Virus record (IMG/VR): IMGVR_UViG_3300043410_001256
Span: 1-64,000 of that record
Length of the DNA stretch: 64,000 bases
Direction: 5' to 3' (one strand)
DNA from: a virus
Shown here: piece after piece, positions 39,782 to 47,417 of the stretch
Numbering within the stretch: position 1 is the first letter of the stretch
Layout of the letters: the number at the start of each line of letters is the position of its first letter
Made by a program: the position numbers and the translations under genes
The notes under the pieces: model-generated
What the model was told of the DNA's origin: nothing
Database searches by the model: none
The model's input: the letters and a program-made list of their open reading frames with translations, nothing else

Positions 39782-40657
39782 ATGAGCACAGAACAGACAG
39801 CAGTGCCACCAGCAAATAACCCACTGAGCAAGTTTTTCCGCACCCCGGCAATTTATATTGGTTTGCCCAGTGGAGGACGCTGGTGGAAAGACGGAGCACT
39901 GGAATTACCCGAAAACGGGGAATTACCTGTGTATCCTATGACCAATCGTGATGAAATCATGATCAGAACTCCAGATGCGCTGATCAACGGACAAGGCGTA
40001 ACCGATGTAATACAAAGCTGTATGCCCAACATCAAAGACGCTTGGAAAATGCCCAGTGTAGACGTAGACACTTGTCTGATAGCCATGCGTATTGCCAGCT
40101 ACGGGCACAAAATGGATTTTACAAACAAATGTCCGCATTGCAAAGCAGAACACGACTATGCAGTGGATCTACGTGTGATGTTGGATTCTATCAAATGCCC
40201 CGACTACGATAAAGATCTAGACATCGGCGTTATTAAAATCAAGTTCCGCCCACAGATGTACTGGGAAACCAACTTCACAAACAAAACCAGTTTTGAAGTG
40301 CGTAAACTGCAAATGGCTCTGGAAGCATTGCCCGGTGACGAGGAAGATGAAGAAAAGACCAAAGCACTAACAGATCAGCTGATGCGTGTTAACGAAATCA
40401 ATCACTCTGTTATGGCCAGCAGTATTGAATACATTGAAATTGTTGAAAGTGGTGAAAGAGTTGGAGATCAAAACTTTATTAAAGATTTCTTAAACGAAGT
40501 TGATCGTAAAATATTTGATCAGATACAAAATGAAATCACCAAGCTACAAGAACAAGGTGCAGTTAAGCCAGTTAAAGTAAACTGTAACTCTTGCAATGAA
40601 CCGCTGGACATTGCTATCCTATTTGATTATTCAAATTTTTTCGTAGTCGGCTCTTGA
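39782..40657 (+). CDS. gp26: Baseplate hub assembly chaperone (gp26-like)
   Basis: LPSGG, MT..DE, D.D..LIAMRIAS.G, two CxxC motifs (CPHC, CNSC) and a terminal NFF. Confidence 0.8.
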   Translation: MSTEQTAVPPANNPLSKFFRTPAIYIGLPSGGRWWKDGALELPENGELPVYPMTNRDEIMIRTPDALINGQGVTDVIQSCMPNIKDAWKMPSVDVDTCLIAMRIASYGHKMDFTNKCPHCKAEHDYAVDLRVMLDSIKCPDYDKDLDIGVIKIKFRPQMYWETNFTNKTSFEVRKLQMALEALPGDEEDEEKTKALTDQLMRVNEINHSVMASSIEYIEIVESGERVGDQNFIKDFLNEVDRKIFDQIQNEITKLQEQGAVKPVKVNCNSCNEPLDIAILFDYSNFFVVGS

Positions 40658-40872
40658 CTTTAACCGACGACGAAATTGGATTGTTGCTAGAAGAATACGA
40701 CAAACAGTCAAGAGCCATACGCGAGGAAGTGATTAGATTTACCTGGTGGATGCGCGGAGGAATAGATTATGATTCCGCTATGTCCTTGGCTCACACTGAC
40801 AACGAAATCATCAGGGAAATTATTAAAGAAAATATGGAAACTACTAAGAACAGTGGTTTACCATTCTTCTAA
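40654..40872 (+). CDS. Small gp51-like chaperone, probably expressed as a -1 frameshift extension of the gp26-like gene
   Basis: WWMRGG..Y..A..L motif. TTG start without an RBS. The -1 frame is open from the slippery T TTT TTC at 40636-40642. Confidence 0.65.
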   Translation: MTLTDDEIGLLLEEYDKQSRAIREEVIRFTWWMRGGIDYDSAMSLAHTDNEIIREIIKENMETTKNSGLPFF

Positions 40873-40892
40873 TACTTTTTCTAACACTTTCA

Positions 40893-40956
40893 AGAACTGC
40901 TTCGCAGTTCTATTGATTTCGCTATCGCTCATCAATATCTTTCTTCGCTTTAGCGA
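40893..40956. other. Cluster of three adjacent inverted repeats (possible origin/priming signal or terminators)
   Basis: AGAACTGC-TTC-GCAGTTCT (40893-40911), TATTGAT...ATCAATA (40911-40937) and TCGC-TTTA-GCGA (40945-40956). Confidence 0.55.
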
Positions 40957-40959
40957 TTT

Positions 40960-41297
40960 TAAGTATCATCTAGATTAATCGGTCAGAATTCGCCCGTTGC
41001 CGGGCAAAAAACGTGCATCATCTGAGTAGCACAGTCATCTATTCTAAATGGGATTGTCGTAAGACACGGAGGCGGTTGACCTGTACCCCCTACCCAAGCT
41101 TCGCATGTCAACGGAACCCTAGTGATCCGGAATAGACCCAAATCCTATAAGCTGTGGTTGCATCTTTTTCGCAGAGCCACGACCATTTGAACCTTAAGTT
41201 AGTTCTTTTCTTGCAACGCACCAGTATCTAGCGGCACAGCACTACCTGTACAACCTCAAGGTGAGTCTAGCAGCCTAGACCAAACAATGTTGCTATG
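40960..41297 (-). ncRNA. Putative large structured ncRNA of unknown class
   Basis: Region with no credible ORF and many stems that pair best on the minus strand (G-U pairs, GCAA tetraloop). Two loop-to-distal pairings are possible. Boundaries approximate. Confidence 0.6.
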
Positions 41298-41813
41298 TTA
41301 TGAACACAGAGTACGAACTACTTTAACGTGTTCGTTGTGTTCCCAAAATTTATCGTAATCGTAAATGAGCCAGGAGCCGTGTTTGTCTGATTGGTAGAGA
41401 AGATGTGGTATCGATAGATCCCAATGTGTGCCATGTTGTACCGCTACAAACATGCCTTTGCGGTTGAACTTCATGAACAGAATATTGAAATCACCTTGGT
41501 CGGCTACATCCAATGTTTGCTCAATCCAGTCATCCAGCTGTTTGCAGGAGCCTTGAAAGAGTTGATGAAATGGAAAGTCTTTGTAACTTTTGCACTCAGC
41601 ATTGAACTTTGGGAAACTCTGTCCAGGAATAATATCCCCTTTGAAGCTTCTTATTTGTCCCTCGTGCAGTATCTCTTTGCGATTTGCATTTGACCCGCCA
41701 ATATAAGCGCCAGAATGCGGAACGCGGATAAAGCGTTCTCCATAGGTAACAGTAAGGTGATCTGCCACCTTGCGTTCCCATGCATTTCCTTTTGCTTTTT
41801 GTGGACTGGTCAT
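41298..41813 (-). CDS. Hjc-type PD-(D/E)xK Holliday junction resolvase
   Basis: KGNAWER...R.P.SGA...GDII...F.AECK motif order. Confidence 0.85.
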   Translation of the reverse strand: MTSPQKAKGNAWERKVADHLTVTYGERFIRVPHSGAYIGGSNANRKEILHEGQIRSFKGDIIPGQSFPKFNAECKSYKDFPFHQLFQGSCKQLDDWIEQTLDVADQGDFNILFMKFNRKGMFVAVQHGTHWDLSIPHLLYQSDKHGSWLIYDYDKFWEHNEHVKVVRTLCS

Positions 41814-41865
41814 AGCTTAGTTAATTATCTTGTATTTTGGGTGAGTTAAAAAATCTGTTTTCTGT

Positions 41866-42798
41866 CTATTTTAGAACGGTTTCTTCTGTAAATTGCCTTG
41901 AAAAGTGTGTTTGATTGTTGTGTGTAGAACAGTGCCTTTTGCAAACTTCATGCGGATTTGTGGTCCAGCTGTCTGCGAGTCCATGATAATTTGGTGCTTG
42001 TATCCATTGTTTTAGTTGATCGTCTAGTGTAAAAATTCTGTTGCCTATGAAACAGCAGGGCAGTACTTGCCCCGTTGCTGACACGTATAAACTTTTTTCG
42101 TTTACAGCATGACAGGAAATTGGGCCATCGGGCACGATTGGAACATAGCCTTTGGGCGGAGATAAAAACTCCACAGGACGATCTTCAAATCTATTGCTAA
42201 CCTTGGCACGAAAATGTGTAAAGCCCATCTTTCTAGCATGTTCACGGCAATGGTCAACATGATGCTGATTATGCTCAAACACCAGCATGTCCCAGTGTGC
42301 TCTCCCGCCTGACATGATAAATGTTTCTGCATTCAGCATCACACGATGCCACATAACACCTCGGCGATAGATGTCATTGGTACTAGCCATGCCGTCGATG
42401 CTGAACACACAATAATCTAGATTGCAATTAAACAGTTCGCCTAGTTCAATCCAAAAACGTGTGTCACGTAATCCACCATTGGTATTCATGCCCAGGGTGA
42501 TGTTGGGATTAACTTCTCTAAACCAACGCAGTATAGGTATACATTCTTTAGCTGCCGCCGGATCGCCAAAGTCTCCACAGGCAAACACCTTATCCAGCTG
42601 GCGTACAAAATCTTCTGAAAACAATTCTTTGCAACGTGCCAGTGTTAAGTCATGATCATCACTGTAGCCTAGACTAGGATCCATTCTACTGCATTGAGGA
42701 CATGATGCTTGACACCTGGTGGTTAACTCAAGATGCAGTACACGTATGCCAGCAGGATCAAACGGTGTCAACATCTGTTCCATAGCTGGTAAATCCAT
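41866..42798 (-). CDS. Radical SAM protein with C-terminal Twitch/SPASM-like Cys cluster
   Basis: ELTTRCQASCPQC (CxxxCxxC), CGDFGDP, TNG, SIDG, and C-terminal C...G.VLPCC...C...C. The start may be one of the downstream Met codons. Confidence 0.9.
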   Translation of the reverse strand: MDLPAMEQMLTPFDPAGIRVLHLELTTRCQASCPQCSRMDPSLGYSDDHDLTLARCKELFSEDFVRQLDKVFACGDFGDPAAAKECIPILRWFREVNPNITLGMNTNGGLRDTRFWIELGELFNCNLDYCVFSIDGMASTNDIYRRGVMWHRVMLNAETFIMSGGRAHWDMLVFEHNQHHVDHCREHARKMGFTHFRAKVSNRFEDRPVEFLSPPKGYVPIVPDGPISCHAVNEKSLYVSATGQVLPCCFIGNRIFTLDDQLKQWIQAPNYHGLADSWTTNPHEVCKRHCSTHNNQTHFSRQFTEETVLK

Positions 42799-44527
42799 TT
42801 TCTTTTGTAACAGTCAACACATTGCTAACACGACTAGTTAACTCATCCTTGTGACTTACCAACCAAACACTCTTGTTTCTATCACGTGACATCTTCTTGA
42901 GAATAGCCAAGGCTGCTTCAACACCTGAACTGTCCATGCCTGAGTCTACAACTTCGTCAATGAACAGCAGGTTAATAGGTTGATACAGACTTTCCCACAC
43001 ATCACGGAAGCTCCAGCTCAGTGACAGGATAAGTCTATTACGTTCTCCACGTGACAAGTTATCAAAGTCTAGTTCACGTCCTAGCTCAGTGATGTTAACA
43101 GTTAAGTCGTTTTGGAATACCACTGTGTGTGGCAAGCCAATCTTGTCAAGGTAGTAACTTAGTCGTTGATTTAGATAAGTTAAGTTTTGATCAATGATGC
43201 GTTTGCGAACAAAGCTGTCTTTGCTGGTAAGCAGTTTGTGTAAAAAGTCTTGATGATCCAGCAGGTTGGTTAACCTGTTCATTTCATCATAATCAATTTC
43301 TTCCAGCGCCTGCTTTTCCATTTCTACAATTTGATCAGAGTATGGATCTGCTTCTTCCTGTTTAGCAGTAATCTGTCCAAGTATGGCACCCAGACTGGCA
43401 CGATGCTCAAATGCATCTGCTTCACGCTCATAGAATGTTTTAGGAACTTCGCCCAGCTCACCTAGTTCTGCTAGTGCAGTGGTGTTCTCCATGTACTGTG
43501 TGTTTGCACTCAGCGCATTCAGTGCGGCTTCCTGCATTTCTGTTTTTTTAGTAGCAAGCAACTGCTCATGATTGTTGTCGTGTAGTTCTTGTCCACAAGC
43601 ATGACACTTGTGATCTTCCAAGCTGGCAATTTCTGCTTTGAGCTTTTCCACCACACGATTTTCACGAGCTTCATCGCGCTCGTTCTGTACAATATATTTT
43701 TTAAGTTGATCAATGGCTTGCTTTTTAACAAAGTATTCTGCAAGCTGTTGATGTGCAACCAGTTCTGCTTCAATGTCAATTTTGTCCAGCTCTGCGTAGC
43801 CTACAGCAAGTTTTTCTAGATCTTCCTGCTTCTTGGTCTGCCACAGAGTTTGTCTGCGACGTAGATTAGCAATCTGATCTTCCATGCGCTTGTTGGCATC
43901 CTGCACAGCCTTGATGCGATATTCCTCTTTGGTAATTGCATCTTTGGTAGCCTTCATTTGCTCTTTGAGAGCTTCGGCTTTTTCTGATAGCTGTGTAACG
44001 CCCAACAACTGTTCAATCATCACACGTTGTTCTGCGGCTTTCAAGCTCAAGAACGGCTCTGTGTAGGTGTTCAATGCAACCACGTGCTTGAACATTTCGT
44101 GACTCATGCCCAATAGCTGTTCAATGGCATGTTGTGTTTCTCTTGAGTCGCCTTGTGCTTCGTCTTTTTGTTCTTGCTCTACATCACCCACAAAGAATTT
44201 CAGTGTGTTGGGTTTACGCCCACGCTCAATCTTGTAGCTGACTCCGTCTTTGTCAAACTCAATGGTAACCATCATAGCTTTACCATTGGTTTTGTTAATT
44301 AGGTTTTCCTTGCGAATGCGTGTGAGTGCTTCGCCGTACAGCGCATAACTCAGTGCATTGATGATTGTGGTCTTGCCTGTGCCATTACGTGCGCCTGTGT
44401 CGTCCCCGCCTAGGTCTAGGTTTTGCCCCAACACCAGTGTAAGATCACTGCGATCAAATCGAATGGCCTGCGTGGCATTACCCACGCTCATAAAGTTTTT
44501 TACAGTAAGATTTTTAATTATCATCAT
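42758..44527 (-). CDS. gp46: Recombination endonuclease ATPase subunit (gp46 / SbcC / Rad50)
   Basis: Walker A GARNGTGKTT, zinc hook CHAC, signature LSRGE, Walker B LLFIDE, coiled coils. Confidence 0.95.
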   Translation of the reverse strand: MMIIKNLTVKNFMSVGNATQAIRFDRSDLTLVLGQNLDLGGDDTGARNGTGKTTIINALSYALYGEALTRIRKENLINKTNGKAMMVTIEFDKDGVSYKIERGRKPNTLKFFVGDVEQEQKDEAQGDSRETQHAIEQLLGMSHEMFKHVVALNTYTEPFLSLKAAEQRVMIEQLLGVTQLSEKAEALKEQMKATKDAITKEEYRIKAVQDANKRMEDQIANLRRRQTLWQTKKQEDLEKLAVGYAELDKIDIEAELVAHQQLAEYFVKKQAIDQLKKYIVQNERDEARENRVVEKLKAEIASLEDHKCHACGQELHDNNHEQLLATKKTEMQEAALNALSANTQYMENTTALAELGELGEVPKTFYEREADAFEHRASLGAILGQITAKQEEADPYSDQIVEMEKQALEEIDYDEMNRLTNLLDHQDFLHKLLTSKDSFVRKRIIDQNLTYLNQRLSYYLDKIGLPHTVVFQNDLTVNITELGRELDFDNLSRGERNRLILSLSWSFRDVWESLYQPINLLFIDEVVDSGMDSSGVEAALAILKKMSRDRNKSVWLVSHKDELTSRVSNVLTVTKENGFTSYGTDVDTV

Positions 44528-45401
44528 GGTTGTCTATACTAGCACATGTACCACAGGAATGTAAACATTTCTGGTGAGGATGCTGTTCTAATTCAAGTTT
44601 AATATCTGGCAACTGATCAAAGCTGTGGTACTCACGCCTGTGATTGAAAAAACAGCACGGCGACAACTGACCATTGGCACTTAGATACACACTGGGATCT
44701 GTTAGATGCCTACAGTCTTTTGTGGTTACTGTTCTGTCAGGTTGTTTGTACTTGTTGGTCTTTTGATCTTTGCTCCAAGGCTTTATTTCAATTGTTTGTC
44801 CTGTTTGATAGTGTTTTGCCACATCGGGATATCTAACATTTCTAACTATTTCAAAACGTTTGAATCCCAACTGCTGACTCAGTGCTATGCATCGAGTTAT
44901 TTCTGTTTGGTTGTGCTCAAACGGTATAAACTGCCATACCGCTTGTCCGCCTTGATCAATAAACGCAGTGGCATTGTCGATAACCTTTTGCCATGCTGTG
45001 CCTTGGCGATATATTTCATGTGTTCCTGCTAGTCCGTCTAGTGTAAACCAGACTTCGTGCCTAATAGGAGCGAGCAGTTCAGCAAGATCACGCCACCAGT
45101 CTTGATTGCGTAAACTGCCATTGGTATGAATGTTCACGTGCCCAACACGAGACACAGCGATTTCGATATGTTCAAGAGAATCCGGCGAAGCCAGTGCATC
45201 ACCGTATGTGCCACAAAATTGTATAGTAGACAAGTTAGGAAACATGTCCAGCACTTCTTTGAATCGATTGATATCTAAATCCTGTTCTACAAAGTTATCT
45301 CTTAATCCATAGCCACCGTTGTTCCTGCCACAAGAGGGACACCAGGCATTGCACCGAGTAGTATTTTCTACTTGTAACCAGGTGATATCACTGGCCTGCA
45401 T
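44514..45401 (-). CDS. Radical SAM protein with C-terminal Twitch/SPASM-like Cys cluster
   Basis: ENTTRCNAWCPSC, CGTYGD, TNG, TLDG, and G.LSPCC...C...C. Paralogue of 41866-42798. Confidence 0.9.
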   Translation of the reverse strand: MQASDITWLQVENTTRCNAWCPSCGRNNGGYGLRDNFVEQDLDINRFKEVLDMFPNLSTIQFCGTYGDALASPDSLEHIEIAVSRVGHVNIHTNGSLRNQDWWRDLAELLAPIRHEVWFTLDGLAGTHEIYRQGTAWQKVIDNATAFIDQGGQAVWQFIPFEHNQTEITRCIALSQQLGFKRFEIVRNVRYPDVAKHYQTGQTIEIKPWSKDQKTNKYKQPDRTVTTKDCRHLTDPSVYLSANGQLSPCCFFNHRREYHSFDQLPDIKLELEQHPHQKCLHSCGTCASIDNHDDN

Positions 45402-46414
45402 TAACAGTTCCTGTAGATGTCTAACAGTAGTTTTGGATCGTAGTGTTCGCTGGAAATAGCATTGATTTGATTTTGTACTATGGTATCAATGCTTTCAAAT
45501 TTGATTTCGCCTGTGGCATCTGCTGTGACTTCAACATCCTTCTTGGGGATTAAACTAAGCTCACGCAGTTTGTAAGTATCAATGAATGTTTCTTTAATGA
45601 AGTTTGCTTCTTCGTAGCTGAGATCAATGTCAATGTTGATCCTGGCATGCATCTTGGGCTTGAAGATTTTGTCTGCATTGTTCACCACACTACTCAAACT
45701 CAGCACACGATATGTAGGTTGGTCGGGCCAGGCGTGGTAAACAGGGTCTTGACCCCATTCAATAATAGTCAGTCCACGTTCTTCGTCGCCATCATCGGCG
45801 TAGTTGTGTGGAAACGCATTACCAATATAGGTAATGTTGTTGGCGCTTTGACGCTTGTGAAAATGACCAGTAAACACCTGCTCAAAGCCCAAGAAGTCCT
45901 CACGCCTGGCCTCACCCACATCCGGCATTTGAACCATGGCATTCATATAATAGCCAGGCAGTTCAAAGTGCCCAAAACAATACTTGCCTTTTTTCTTTAA
46001 TAGCTTTTTGTGGTCGTCGCCCACAAGCCATGGAGCGATAACAACATCGCCGTCGCTAAACCAATCATTGCAAATATGCACGTTTGGTAAGTGACGTGCC
46101 CATTCCACGCTTTGTACATCGCGCTTGTCTCTATAGTATAGATCGTGATTACCAGGAATGAAGTAAACAGCTTCAAAGTTGTCATTCATATGCTCCAGTG
46201 CTTTGAGACTGTAGTTTAGAGTGAGAATGTTTAGTGCGGCTCGATTGTTGTGCCAGTCACCAAGGAACAGGCACGTTTCGCACCCTTCCTCTTTGGCTTT
46301 GGCAACTGCCCATTTAACAAACGATAAACAGTCCTCGTTGTGAGTGATACTGTTGCTTTTTAAGCCAAAATGAATATCGGTGAAGACCGCAGCCTTCTTG
46401 AATAGGTTAGACAT
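45401..46414 (-). CDS. gp47: Recombination endonuclease nuclease subunit (gp47 / SbcD / Mre11)
   Basis: Metallophosphoesterase motifs DIHFG, GD, GNHD, GHFE and GHFH. Confidence 0.95.
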   Translation of the reverse strand: MSNLFKKAAVFTDIHFGLKSNSITHNEDCLSFVKWAVAKAKEEGCETCLFLGDWHNNRAALNILTLNYSLKALEHMNDNFEAVYFIPGNHDLYYRDKRDVQSVEWARHLPNVHICNDWFSDGDVVIAPWLVGDDHKKLLKKKGKYCFGHFELPGYYMNAMVQMPDVGEARREDFLGFEQVFTGHFHKRQSANNITYIGNAFPHNYADDGDEERGLTIIEWGQDPVYHAWPDQPTYRVLSLSSVVNNADKIFKPKMHARINIDIDLSYEEANFIKETFIDTYKLRELSLIPKKDVEVTADATGEIKFESIDTIVQNQINAISSEHYDPKLLLDIYRNC

Positions 46415-46422
46415 AGCATCCT

Positions 46423-46451
46423 AGTATAGACAGTTGTAATGACAAAAGCAA
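46423..46451 (-). promoter_or_regulatory. Sigma70-type promoter TTGCTT-N17-TATACT for gp47
   Basis: 17-nt spacer. The -10 ends 8 nt before the ATG. Confidence 0.75.
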
Positions 46452-46464
46452 GAGATTTGATAAT

Positions 46465-47343
46465 CTACTCTTCGTGCATACCAGAACCACTGTTGGCCAT
46501 TTGTCTGGTGTAACTTGGGTTCAGGTTGTTCATTTGTAAAATGTCGTCTCTTAGGTTTTGGTTGCGTTTTTCAATATTAAGCACACGAGTAAAGCTATTG
46601 GTAATAGCCGCAGTGTAATACGCAAAAGGATTCTGTGACTTGCTTTCATCGAACTGTAATCCAATCTGACTTAACTGTAGCAGAGCCTGTGAGCGCATTT
46701 CGTCATTGTAGGTGTAACCACGCCAGTTACTACGGGTAGCATAACGTTCACACAGCTTCATAAACATGTGTGCCAGCTTGTTGGTCATTGCTCCATGCTC
46801 ACGACTGTAGTGCCCAGTCTCTGGATCGCCCTTCCAATGACTGATACCCACTGTGGTTGGCTCTAACTCGCCTTCTTCGTTTTTAACAAACTTCACGTGT
46901 TTGAAAGGAGGAAAATTAACTTTGACAAATTTAGTTGGCTTGACAACTTCTTCATCGTATTCGGTGTCAACAGACTCGTCTTCGTCTACAGGTTCGGATT
47001 TACTACGCTTTTTTGCAACTTTAACTTCTTCTTGCAGTGGCACATGTTCCCAGGTCATCACACGAAAAACAACATCTTCCTCGGGAATTTTAGTATGCTT
47101 GGGGGTAACTTCTTCTAATTTTACTTTCACACCATTGGCAATGGACTCTTCGTAGGCCAGTTTGCCCAGTCGCTCAGCACGATTTTTTCTAGCCTGCAGG
47201 ATGTCTTTTTTGGTTATTTTCTTGTTGTCAGAAATAATCATGTCGTAATCGGCATCACCAGGCGTCATAAACCAGCAGTAGGTGTTCTTGCTCTTGTGTA
47301 TTTCTTTTAATATGTCTTTGTTATTCAGATAGTTGTGTTTCAT
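46465..47343 (-). CDS. gp55: Late-transcription sigma factor (gp55 family)
   Basis: YLNNKD, NWRGYTYNDEM and FD..KSQNPFAYYT motifs. I moved the start from TTG 47403, which is the -35 box, to ATG 47343 behind AAGGA. Confidence 0.88.
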   Translation of the reverse strand: MKHNYLNNKDILKEIHKSKNTYCWFMTPGDADYDMIISDNKKITKKDILQARKNRAERLGKLAYEESIANGVKVKLEEVTPKHTKIPEEDVVFRVMTWEHVPLQEEVKVAKKRSKSEPVDEDESVDTEYDEEVVKPTKFVKVNFPPFKHVKFVKNEEGELEPTTVGISHWKGDPETGHYSREHGAMTNKLAHMFMKLCERYATRSNWRGYTYNDEMRSQALLQLSQIGLQFDESKSQNPFAYYTAAITNSFTRVLNIEKRNQNLRDDILQMNNLNPSYTRQMANSGSGMHEE

Positions 47344-47374
47344 TTGTAATAAAATCCTTATAAAACTACCTGTT

Positions 47375-47403
47375 ATTTTAACAGGTAAATAGTAGAAAAG
47401 CAA
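47375..47403 (-). promoter_or_regulatory. Sigma70-type promoter TTGCTT-N17-TAAAAT for gp55
   Basis: 17-nt spacer. Overlaps a palindrome and the divergent late promoter. Confidence 0.75.
47384..47391 (+). promoter_or_regulatory. Late promoter (GGTAAATA) for the baseplate operon
   Basis: Before ATG 47418. Confidence 0.7.
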
Positions 47404-47417
47404 GAGGCTAACACATT

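Noticed and set aside
40769-40978. 69-aa plus-strand ORF
   Set aside because: It overlaps the gp51-like gene out of frame and runs through the hairpin cluster, with non-protein-like composition.
40873-41297. tRNA, tmRNA, RNase P RNA, group I intron or box C/D guide array
   Set aside because: There is no cloverleaf/TTC-loop/CCA, no GAGGAAAGTCC, no recognisable P7 core and no interrupted host gene. The GATGA/CTGA motifs are not periodic. Kept as an unknown structured RNA.
47344-47403. 20-aa N-terminal extension of gp55 from TTG 47403
   Set aside because: That TTG is the -35 box of the gene's own promoter. ATG 47343 has an RBS and begins the family-like sequence.
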